From: Mytilus californianus
Taxonomy: Eukaryota
Direction of reading: 5' to 3'
Assembly (NCBI RefSeq): GCF_021869535.1
Contig: NW_026262637.1
Location: forward strand, 27,466,001-27,530,000
DNA length: 64,000 nt
Shown in pieces: positions 12,164 to 24,900 of the stretch; position 1 is the stretch's first letter; the number at the start of each line of letters is the position of its first letter. Made by a program: the position numbers and the translations under genes. The notes under the pieces are model-generated. The model searched no databases. It saw only the letters and a list, made by a program, of their open reading frames with translations, and was not told the origin of the DNA.

Positions 12164-15100
12164 TCAACCAGTAGATGTTTTTGTTACATTAAGTCCCGGA
12201 ACAATCGGTTTGGTTTTTAGAATGTTATCTGCCTTCCAGAATTTTCCACCCGGTACTACTGGAACTGGTAAAACTTTTGAGGCCATATATCCCGGATGTT
12301 CATATAACATTTCATGGCCTTCAACACAAATGTTAAGGATTTCATAATTTCCAGATGGATCTGTTAAATATCGTACACATTCACAACCCGAGAAGGAGAT
12401 TTCAGCATTAGAAATGGGTTCACCGAGTTCATTTATTACTCGTCCAAACACTTGTGCACCTGGACATGCGCACACTTTACAACACGTTGGAACAGGTTCC
12501 GCAAAATTTGTACTACAAACTGTAAAGAAGTCAATAAATTAGATTTAGTATATAGAAACTGTTATATACCAACTGAGTTATTATCTGTTTGACCGTCAAC
12601 ACGATTTTTAAAAATTAATTCAAATAGGACTATATGTATTTGGTGTTTGAATATTAATGATACATTGAACGAAGTCCAGAAATGTTGTGTTGATTAATAA
12701 CTTCTCACCAACATTAATAAATTAGTGTTTTGTTTCATTTTTTATTAGTATTTTGTGCCTCACTAATTTGATAGACATTTTTCTATTGTTACCATAGACA
12801 TTTACAGACATGGAACGAAGTCTAGTTTGCTGAAATATTGTGTTTGATTAATATCTGCTCAACATCAATTCGTGTTTTGTATAATTTTTTATTTTATAAA
12901 TTGTGTGTCCTAAAACCCCGCATTTCATTTTATTCATATGTGTTATACTTTTCTTTACAGCTGACTATTAATCATATGCATTTTCTAAATATCATGGCAT
13001 ATTTGGGTTATATCAGACGAACATATTGTGTTATATCTTAAGTTATTTAAGGTTATTTTGAAGTGTAATGTGCTAATATTGTTTTGCATATATTGTGATT
13101 CATATCATATCAGACAAAAAGGGCAGCTACTTCAAATTAAAATCATATAATTTGTTTACCTTTTGGACCAGACGATGACAAACTTAATGATGGAAGTGTT
13201 GGGGATGGTGTTGGTTGTTCTTTTGAGTAATCTGGATTTATTGGTGATGGCGTGGGTTTCTTTGGTTCTGGTGTTGTTGGTTCAGGTGTAGATTGTCTTG
13301 TTGGTTTTGGTGTAGATACTGATGACATGGGCGGTTTTGTTGGTTCAGGAGTAGATGGTTTTGTTGGTTCTGGTGTTGATGGTTTTGTTGGTTCTAGTGT
13401 TGATGGTTTTGTTGGTTCTGGTGTAGATGGTCTAGTAGGTTCAGGAGTAGAAGTATTGGTTGATTCAGATGTAGATGGTTCTGTTGGTTGTGGTGTTGAT
13501 GATTTAGTTGGTTCTGGTGTTGATGGTTTTGTTGGTTCTGGTGTAGATGGTCTAGTAGGTTCAGGAGTAGATGTATTGGTTGGTTCAGATGTAGATGGTT
13601 TTGTTGGTTCTGGTGTTGATGGTTTTGTTGGTTCTGGTGTAGATGGTCTAGTAGGTTCAGGAGTAGATGTATTGGTTGGTTCAGATGTAGATGGTTTTGT
13701 TGGTTCTGGTGTTGATGGTTTTGTTGGTTCTGGTGTAGATGGTCTAGTAGGTTCAGGAGTAGATGTATTGGATGCTTCAGATGTAGATGGTTTAGTTGGT
13801 TCTGGTGTTGATGGTTTTGTTGGTTCTGGTGTAGATGGTCTGGTAGGTTCAGGAGTAGATGTATTGGTTGGTTCAGATGTAGATGGTTTTGTTGGTTCTG
13901 GTGTTGATGGTTTTGTTGGTTCTGGTGTAGATGGTCTAGTAGGTTCAGGAGTAGATGCATTGGTTGGTTCAGATGTAGATGGTTTTGTTGGTTCTGGTGT
14001 TGATGGTTTTGTTGGTTCTGGTGTAGATGGTCTAGTAGGTTCAGGAGTAGATGCATTGGTTGGTTCAGGTGTAGATGGTTTTGTGGGTTCAGGTGTAGAT
14101 ACTGATGACATGGTAGGTTTTGTTGGTTCTGGTGTAGAAAGTGTTTTTGGTTCTGGTGTGGATGCTTTAGTTGGTTCTTGGGTGGATGGTTTGGTTTGTT
14201 CTGGTGTAGATACTTTTGTTGGTTCGAGTGTTGATGACATAGTTGGTTCTGGCGTTGATGATGTAGATGGTTTTGTAGGTTCTGGTGTTGATGGCGGGGA
14301 TGGCTCCGAAGTTGATTGTTTAGTTGGTTCTGGGGTCGAAGGTTTAATTGATTCTTGAGTTGATAGTTTGGTAGGTTCTTGTGTAGCTTGTTCTATAGTA
14401 GACTGGGCAGCTTGTTCTGGTGTTGTTTGTTCAGATGTAGATGATTTTGTTGGTTCTGGTGTTGAAGGTTTTTTTGGTTCCAGTGTGGATGATTTTGTAG
14501 GTTGCAGTGTCGATAGTTTTGTTGGTTCTGGTGTGGATTGTTTGGTAGGTTCTGGAGTAGATAATTTAGTCTGTTCTGGTGTAGATAGTTTTGTAGGTTC
14601 TGGTGTGGATGGCTTAGATGGTTCTGGTGTTGATGGTTTAGTTGGTTCTGGTGTCGATGGTTTAGTAGGTTCTGGAGTAGACAATTTAGTAGGTTCTGGT
14701 GTAGATAGTTTGGTTGGTTCTGGTGTTGATGGCTTAGATGGTTTTGATGTTGATGGCTTAGTTGGTTCTGACGTTGATAGTTTTGTTGTTACTTGTCTAG
14801 ATGGTTTGGTTGGTTCTGGTGTTTTTTGGTCAGTTGTAGATACTTTTGTTGGTTCACTGGTAGGTTCTGGTGTTGGGGGACTGGTTGGTGGATTTGTTGA
14901 CAATGTTTGTTTCACTGATGAGGTTGGTGGTGTTGTTTGAATAGATGACGAATCTGATGTGACAGGCTTAGTTGGGATTCGCATTGCGGTAGATAGCGTG
15001 ATCTGCTCAGTCGTTGAAACTGATTTTGTAACAGCTTGAGTCGAAGATTTCGTTGATTGGATGGTTGCTAACGTTGTTGAAATTGTCGGCTGTGGAGTTT

Positions 15101-15925
15101 TCGGTTGCATTGTTGTAGGCAATTCCGAACTTGAAACAGTTGATGCTTGGACGGAGGAAGTCGGGGCTTCTGTTGGAAATATTGACACAGAGGACGCCTC
15201 TGTCAGCTTTTGTGTTGTGTAGCTGGTTGTCTTTTCTAAAGAAAAAAATATCTTTATATACATATTTGTGTTTTTTTTTGGTTAATACACATCTTATATA
15301 CCATGTCTAAGTCCGTCTAGTTTCATTTCTGGAGCCCTCTCTGTTCCATTTTGAATCACATGAACGACTTTTAACAACGACTTGAAGTCATATGTATTTA
15401 CATTACCAAAACGTTATTTAAGGATGTTCGCTCCTCTGTGTTAAAATAACAAGCTTTTTAAAAGACTGTTATAGATTGATAGTATATAAATAAAGGAACT
15501 AAAAAAGCAGAAAAAAATGAAGGGTCCGTGTGCTTGTTTTCGAGATAGAAGCCATTGAAAATTTGGCGGGAAATGATTCTCTCTAGATTTTCCATACATT
15601 TAACATTGGCACCTTTTTTATGTCTAAAAGTATGAAAAAATAACAAGGATTTAATAAAATTTTCAAAGATGGCATTTCAAAATATATTTAATCAAATTAT
15701 GAAAAGAAAAGTAGGGTTAGTGGGAATTTTTTTTTAATGGCACTACATGGTTAATCCCAGAGGAATCCGAATATCTGGCAAACATTCAAAAACAAGAGGA
15801 GCGAACATCCTTAAACAATTTGCAGATCAATCATTTCCATTGATCTTTTTATCAGAAACTAATATTAAAAAAAGATAATAAAAGAAATAATATATGCTGT
15901 AGTCTTACAGAAAGATTAAGACGCC

Positions 15926-15958
<33 letters not shown>

Positions 15959-18900
15959 AGGGGTAAAAAATCCTTAGAATTACGAAATATTTTAAGTTTT
16001 GTAAGCAGTTGATTTATAATTATGTCCATATCAATGATTATTCATGTCAACACATAAGTGCTGACTACTGGGTTGGTGAAAGATTCGGTGAGACAACATC
16101 TACCAGCAGTGAATTAAAAATGTGTACGCCAGACGCGCGTTTCGTCTACAAAAGACTCAGACGCTCAAATAAAAAGGTTCAATTGGCCAAATAAAGTACG
16201 GATTTGAAGAGCATTGTTCCAAAATAGAGTAAAACATGGTTGAAAACAATTCAAAAATTTGATTGATATAAGAGTGCCTACATAATTTGTGAAACGAATA
16301 GAATAGCATATGAAATACAGCAAAGCTATGTTATATTTAAAAAAAAACAAGTATCGTTAGGACAATTAACCAAAGAGACTTATTAACGTTAAAAACAAGC
16401 AACAACGTTGTAATGTAATATAATTTCAATAAAAACACCGCTTAGGGCAACTATGCGACCAATGCTCTCATATTTGCCTAATGTCGAAGCTTTATACATC
16501 TACATTGAATGTATATTTAAGACATATAGTACGTACTGTAAAATAAAATATTTTGTAGGTTATGAACTTCGTACTAGGTGAAATAAATGTATAGAGTTTA
16601 TTTGGTAACAAATCATCAATTTGAATAATATCATATCCAAATATATTCATGAATCTTTTCAGGTAAAATGTAGAATTTCTCCAAATCTGACTTGTACATT
16701 AAAACTTGATCAAGATATATTCAATATTTAAAGGATGAACGTTCTGGAGGTTTTGATGTTGAACAGTAAAAATAAGACAATATACCATAGTCAAAACGTG
16801 CAAACAGTCAATATCTAACGTTTAAACTTAATAAATAGATCAAAGGTTTCTTTTGATATTCAGTTTAACACATGTAAGTGAATACACGAATCGTTTTCGT
16901 AATTTTTAGGATTTGTTTTCTATTTGTCTGTTTAGTGCTTTAATTTTATTTCGTATTATCAACGTAATTACATAAATACGATATAATGGATGCTCAATAT
17001 TTTATAGTAATGTATATTGTTATTAGAGAATGTTATCTAACCATGCTTTCCTTGAACCAAGTCCATTTCATTTGGAGCAAATAAAATATGCTTTAACTGA
17101 ACTACGATTTCGACCAATTGAAAGAATATATTTGTTAAATTTAGGTTTAGTTGTGTCATTACAGTACATCATTTGAAAAAAATTGACATTTATATTAACA
17201 CATTACAGAAAGTAAGCAATTTAAATAAGAATCATTGTTGTTAAACTATTTATGGGACTTGTTGCTTCTTAAAACAGCAAAAACAATGCAAGTATTAATT
17301 GTTTTAACTGATGTGTATCGACAGAAAATGGGTAGTCATTTGTCTTCGTGGTTAAAACTCGAGCTTATCCAAAGAAAATAACCGAAAACAAGTCTTCTTG
17401 CGAATCCCTTTAAACGTTTGTGACAATTGATTTTGCCATTTGATAAGGGACTTTCCGTTTTGAATTTTCCTTGGAGTTCGGTATTTTTGTTGTTTTACTT
17501 TTTAAATAATTATTATCACTTGACGTTTAGTACATTATAAAATAAAGCTGCTTGAAATTCCAAATGAAGATAAGATAAATTACCCGTGTGCATTAAACGA
17601 TTAAAAGCGTCTCTATTGTTTCATGGAACATAAGAAAAGGGAAGACTCGACTATTAGTATCATATTTTGGTGAATAAAGTCACCATAGATACCAAGTTTA
17701 AATTGTGTACGATAGACGCGCGTTTCGTCTACAAAAGACTCACCAATGACGCTCGAATAAAAAATGAAGGATTTTTGTCCTAAGTAAAAAAAATGAACGT
17801 ATGGCAATGTTTAACTCATTATATTACTCTCCTTCCAAACAAATCAAATGACAAAATCAAAGAAGGTAAACATTACTGTTTTAATGAATAACGGCATTGT
17901 AGATAACATGTTTATCAATATAAACATAATCATTCATATCCATTAAGATACTGGACATATTTCTGTTGTATAAACGGTTGAGTATTATATCTAAAATAGT
18001 TTCTTCCACGGGATTATAAATAGACTTTGCATGTTGATTTACATTTTCTTTCAACATTTCTCCATATCCAACTGAAGATTGTATCCATGGCAATACGATA
18101 TCATACGCCGATCTGTCCTCACTGAAAACTAAGAATTTTGACTGTATTTCATCAAAAGTATCCATGCATGTTTCCTCTTCCAAATATTTTATAACGTTGC
18201 GCCGGACATCGTGATTAGTAATTCGTACATTTTCATAGTTCTTAGCAGCTTGGATACCATATTTCTGTGCAGATTTTACAACATTACTCAAATACACGGG
18301 TTGGAAACGAATATAGGGATCGGCCCAAATAACGGTCTTAAATTCCTCAAGTGAAAGTCCTATCATCAGAGGCTTTAACGCATAGTGAATAGTCAGATTT
18401 CCAAATTTTTTAAAAGGAAATACTCTTATTTCACAGAAGGAACACTTGGTTGTAAGATAATCAATGTGATCTTTGGACAGTCCAAAATCGTAGATCACTA
18501 ATCTCTGTATGTCTTGCAAAGGATATATTTTACGTACTACGTTCTTCAAAAATGCTTTCCCCTCGCTTATGTTTTCATCAGACATGGCGGTAACAATAGC
18601 CGGTGATGTCGGTTTATTCGATTGTTTTCCAAAGTCAGACTTACGTGGAGAGTTGCCAATTTTATGGATGATATACAGGAAACTCTTAACCTCGTTTTGG
18701 ATCATTTTTGGTAAATGTGATTTGTCGTCTACGTTCGATTCGTTTTTAGATATTGTAGAATTCAGTTCCAATGTAGTTTTAGTCTTATTTTCGAAAAGAG
18801 CAAGCAAAGGAGAATGAGATTTTTTTACGTTTAACACTTTTTTAATTTTGTCCGACATATTACTAGCGTATCCATGAATAACATTCAAGTTTTCTTCATA

Positions 18901-21900
18901 TGTTTTATTGGTCACGCTTTGGCAGTTGAAATGTTGATTTACTTTCTCGTCGTGGTTAGTATTGAAAAAATGGTTAAACTGACACTTCCATTTATCTGGA
19001 ATTTCAAGTTGTCCACAGGACTTTTCCGTTCGCTCGTTGATCATGTAAATAAAAAAGGTCATAGTTCCAGAGATAAGGATGAACTGTACAAGACCGAGCA
19101 TAAAATGTTTTCCGGAACATTTTTTCTTTTCTCGTTTTTCGTCGTTTTCAATGACATCCTTTTCGCAGATAGTTTTTAACTCGATATCATTTTTGGAGCG
19201 TCTCCTTCTTCGAATACACAAAATTCCCTTCCATATTGCAAGTATGGAAAGATACAAACACAGCATAGCTCTTTGTCATTTATGTTCTGGATTCTAAGTT
19301 CTGCAACAAGATCGAGTTTTTATTATGTAAATGTTAATTAGTGCCATTCATACATCAGTGATGATTATTATTATTTTATTAGTACTATCATGATAATTGT
19401 TTTTTTTATTATTATCATTATTATTTTATTATTAGTACTATCATAATATTTTTTTAAAATTATTATTAGTATTATTATTACTGTGTGTTGTTATTTTTAT
19501 AATTGCATTTCAAATTAGTAAATAGATTAAGAGACATATGCATAAATAAAAGTTAAAAAATGAATTATAATGAAAAATCTAGAATATCTTACCATTTCTT
19601 ATTTTAAAAGGACGCTACTATATCTATCCATGTCATCTGCGACTCCATACGTATTCGGTAGAAGTGCGACGATTAAGGCCTTAAGGTAATGAATGGCATT
19701 CCTAGAACATGTACTTCCTCTTTATAAACCCCAATATGACAAAATTGTTACAACGGAATATCACGTCTCGATTAAACACGATATATATATTTAGATATAT
19801 AATTCGTTGTAATTTGTATTCACCACACAGTTAGATGAATGAATGTTAAAGAAAATGACATAGATACATTGAACTCAACCAAAACATATATACATCTATA
19901 AAGATTCCGCAATGTATTATTTGTTTATAAGGATGTGTTTGCTGCTAAATTCAAAATAAAAACATTTTCATAAATGAAATCTATTATCAAAAGAAAATGT
20001 ATAATATATAAAAACTATGGGAGAAAAATAGCGAGTTTGTTATCAGCATTTGAATCATTAGATTTTTTTGGTTTGAAAGAATTGTTTCTATAGATTTTAC
20101 ATTAACAAAAATTCATGGGAGGTAATTCATGGTTGACTTTCTTGAAAAAAATCAGGAATAAGAACAGTTATCCAAATATTCTGGCAGATAAATGATTGAG
20201 AAGTAAGCTTGTAAAATATTTAGGATAAAACATCCTTCTGATTTACATATACCGAAAATAATGTAATAATCAATTATATATTTTTTTTAATATTTCGATC
20301 CAGTGTGAAAACGTAATTGAAGAGAACGAACTTGTAAACAACTTAAAATTTACTTTTATTAACATTTTTTTGGTAAATGTTTGAACATACTTTGAAAACA
20401 TGAAAATGAAAATACAACCTGTACAAAGTCCACAGAATTTACGACAGGATGTTGTGGCTATGCATTTAAATTCTTCAGCTGTACATAAATTGTTTGGTAA
20501 ATTGCCACACTTCACGGAATCTTTACACATCAGCTCATCTGAAATGTATTCAATATTCTTTCATAATTGTAACTGTAGCTTGATAAGTGTGCTCAAATAT
20601 TCTGAATCTTCAATCGATTGTAAATTTGAAAAAAAAAAAATGTTTTTATTAAATATATTCAACCTAAAAATATCTTAGTCTTCCGAAGAGTACATTGTAA
20701 TTCCAAAATACTGAAAGCATTTTCATCCTATACTTTTGTTTAAGGTTCAAGGTTTATAATGCTTTTGGTACATACCTTTGCATGTATATTCCTGTTTTCA
20801 TTGACTGATATACTTAAACTAATATGAGGAAACAATAATCTATCTATGGTAAAACCTCATAAATTCCTGTTTTTTTTAATTATAAGTGATAAATACATAA
20901 ATCAAGGGAAAACTTGAGGGAAATACATGCACTCCAAATGGAGCGAGATCAGGTGCATCCACATAGTTAGCACATTTTTTCATACATGCATCACTCGCAA
21001 AACAAAATCACCCCTCAGCCAGAAGTAACCGTTTATTTTCGTCTCTGAAAACTTAAAAAATTTACATTTTTGTACTAAAATGTAAGCACAATGCTGTACA
21101 TATATTCACAAATGATAAAAAGAAATAACTGAAATTAACTGACTACCAATCTACATCAATCTTATGTGAATTCTCAAAAGCGTTCATTCTTATATTATCA
21201 GTTGAAAGGGTTATTGTAATCATAATGATGTAATACTAAAGTATTCAAATTTCTAAGCTTACTTGTACAATATCCACATCTGCGGGCACAGTTGGTTATT
21301 GCCCATGTTGTAAAAACCCCACTGCAGGCCTCGTCGTCATAGTTTGCACAATCATCTCTTTTATCCTTGCATGCTGTTTTAATAAAGAGTATTCAAATAT
21401 GAGAATATTCTACTAATGAGAAGTATTCATAAATTATTTGGATCGAATGATTGATGGAAGGATTGGGGTTTAACGTTCAATGATAAAAGTTACACACAGA
21501 TCAGGACGAGGACATGAATGCATGTCGTGTTTTGTACTAGTCGACACTGAGTTGTTTTAACATGTTAGTTCCCAAGGAAGACACTCCACACCACAAGGAC
21601 GCATTATTATAATTCCGACCAGACTATTCTTTTCTCTTATTTCTAAATGCCACGTGCTTAGCGGAGAAACGAAAATACACATTTTGATTTAGTCAAGTGT
21701 TGCAAATGGTTTCAAACATTGATAAGCTGGAAATCTTTACAATGTTTTTTTTTTGTCATATTCTTATTTTGGTTCCTTTCAAGCAACTCATTGTCCCAGA
21801 CCTCAAAACAATAATTCGTGTTTCCTAATACAGTTTTTTAAACTTCAGTTGTTTATTTACATTTATAAAACAAATTATTAGAGAACATTATACTCTATGC

Positions 21901-24900
21901 CTACCATCACCAGTAGGAAGCACTGGTACCGTTGTGGTATTGAGTGTATTTGGCTCCTCTGTGTGGACTGTCGGAGGTGTAACATGTTTTGTTGATAACG
22001 ATGTCATCCGGGTACCGTTTCCTATCCCCTGTGTAGTGATTCCCTGTATTGTTGGTATTGTCGACTCTGTTATGTTAGCGTGGTATGGCACTACAATTCA
22101 AAGATTTCGAAATTGAAAGTCATACATATGGTAAAGTTATAATTGAAGTGCATATAGATAAAACGATGTCCAATAAAATAAAATAATGTGAAAGTCGTCA
22201 AGATAAATAACAATCAAATATATGCTTGCATTCTCTTTTTAATCGAAATAGACATATACGAAAATAATTACTCATATACAATTAGCACTGGTAAAAGTTC
22301 AATCTTCACTAGTGGTACCTGTAAGATTAAAGCAACAAGATGTTGTTGAATCCTTGCTTTGGTAAACCTACCCAAATGTCTTAGCTGTGGATTTCGAATT
22401 AATATGCATTCAATAAATGAAGTTAAAAGTGAATGAGAAATTTTACAATTAATAACTTTCACTTCTCGTGTATCACACAGATAACCTGCATGTAATATTA
22501 TGTAGTCTTAGGTTATATATAGATATGTTATCCCCCCTACCCCCCCCCCTCCAAAAAAAAAATAGTCAAGGGGTGAATATCAAACTGAATTGACAGCCAA
22601 CCTTCAAATCAAGTGTAATTAATCAAATGCATCTCAACTTGTCTTATCAATGGCAACCGTATCCTTTGATTCTTAGCCAACCTAAGAAATATATAATACA
22701 AACCATGACATTAATTATGTCTCACCATTACTGAGTTATCCCTCATCCCGTTAAATTATTTAAACATATCCCTACAATTATCAGAGTGAATCCTCGTAGT
22801 TTCAGATATTATACGTACCCCCGGATTTATCAGAGTTATTTTTCATCTTAGATGTAACATACCTTCACATTTATTACAGTATTTTCTACAGTTAGTCCTA
22901 GACCAGCCAGCATAAAACGAGTCAGTACAAACATTGTCTCCATACTCGTCACAATTAGGAAGCTTGTCTACACATGGTGGTGTATCTAAGAGAGAGAGAG
23001 AGATAAGGCTTTGTTCAAGGAAGGAACATATTATCTATGAATTAGTAAAAGTAAGATCGCACTGTAGCAATGTTGCTGGGTAGATTATTTGTCAATTTGG
23101 ATTGTTAACTAACACTGGATGTCATTTTGTTTCTTCCAAAATTCTTACAACATATAGAACTTACAGATGTCGTTATAAACCATACATATTTCTAGTATTT
23201 CATACTAGGTGTGAGGATTCTCATTTTCGTCCACACCTCATTTATTGCTTAATCACTAAATACAAAGCTACATGCATACTCTGCAACAGAACGAGTAATT
23301 GCGTAGCTTCTGAAAAATGAGTGGATCAGACGAATGACATTGGAATTAAAACAACCACTTGTAAACTTGTAAACATATTTGTGTCCTTTTGGCTGTGTGT
23401 GATGTATAAATACGAAGCCACGTCCGGTTTGAATGTCTATGCAAGATGTCGAGCTCATCCTGAATATGCATGAAATATTTGTCACTGGATGAAGAGCAAA
23501 CGAAAAAAATCAATGAATCATAAACATATGTGAAGAAAATCAGAAATATGCCTCCATGCACCTGTCTTCAGGATACAGTGTAGTGAATAATACGAAATCC
23601 CCTGCTTTAAACTACTCCAGCATAGGGATTTACATATTGTTTACTGATGGAATGATGGCTGTTACGGCCAGAGGCAAATTAAATACATATCTAGGACGAG
23701 AATATGTTAGTACGATATATAAATATGAACCCTGCTTTGTACTATAGACCGACACGCTGAAACGGATTTTTAACGTGCTAGTTCACAAGGTAACAGTCTA
23801 TATGAAGACATGTCACCCTACCCGGACACATTATTCTGGCTCCCAGCTGACCAGTATTTGCCCCGGCTGGGGCGAACACGCTACCACGAGACCACCGAGG
23901 CGGTTTATTGTGTACTGAAGACAGGTACCACCTAACCGAAATCTTATACACATTTCTTCTTAGTCTGACATTTTCAATACAGCATGAAAACGAAATTACT
24001 GTTACGTTGGCCATCTGCGCAATTCGTGAATAAACTATACCAAACGATTAAAATAAAAAAGAAGAAATCCGATGGTCAAGGAGAAATTATGGATTGTTAT
24101 TTTGAATTTTCACAGAATAAGTTACATGCATATTGGTTAAAACAAACGAAAATGAGATCTCGTGTAACAATGTTTTAAAATAATTGGAGTATGAAGGTTT
24201 ATCATGTTATTTCAAATAACACAAGAAACAACTAAAGTTTTGAGTTTTTTGGATTTAAAGGTAAGAGTTGTCAATATGCACATACCAGGACAATAGCCAC
24301 ATCTATATGGACAGTTAACTTTTGCCCAAGGCGCATAGATCCCCAAGCATTTCTTGTCATCATAGTTCCAACAGTTTTCTTTTATATCCACACACCCTGA
24401 AATAGGATTAAAGTGTACTTTGTTGATATTATAATATATCCAAGAATATTAAGGAATTTTACTAACTATTGCTTTGTTTGACGTGTTTCTATTTTTTCAA
24501 ATTGATTTCCCTCACTTATTATTCTTATTTATGTATGTCCGAAATCACATAGGGTATCCTGGTCAATCCGAATCCCAAGGAGCAATTAATGAAAAGTTTG
24601 TAACGGTGTGTAGGTAAATTCTGGATCCGATTCCCACGGAGCATAATTCCTCCGTGGGAATTAGATCCAGGTTTTACTTTCCTACAGTTTCACACTTTTC
24701 ATTGATTACTCGTCGAGATTTGGATGTCTCCACGGTTTCGGATCGGGATACCCATTGTAGAAATGGTCTTTTGAAATACAAAATTAACATTAACTGTGAA
24801 AAGAATTGATGTAATGCAATTTCAGTGATTTCTCTTCGTTGTAGTGGTTTTATTTTATCTGCCTTTAGTCACTTAGTGTTGGTTTAAGCATAACATCTAT

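Noticed and set aside
13252-14940. Long + strand ORFs (368 aa and 190 aa, VGSGVDGF repeats) and the His/Gln-rich 220-aa - ORF
   Set aside because: They are antisense or alternate-frame shadows of the 24-nt mucin repeat. Only the PTS frame has splice sites in phase with neighbouring exons.
15928-15957. Poly-C run (also G runs near 1900 and 31337, and TA/GA microsatellites)
   Set aside because: Simple homopolymers, common in such assemblies and of unreliable length; no further structure.
19170-19300. DUF1647 exon as an alternatively spliced cassette of the ShKT protein
   Set aside because: Phase-1 entry at 19300 reads a different frame that stops after ~45 codons; the DUF1647 frame has stops just upstream of its ATG.
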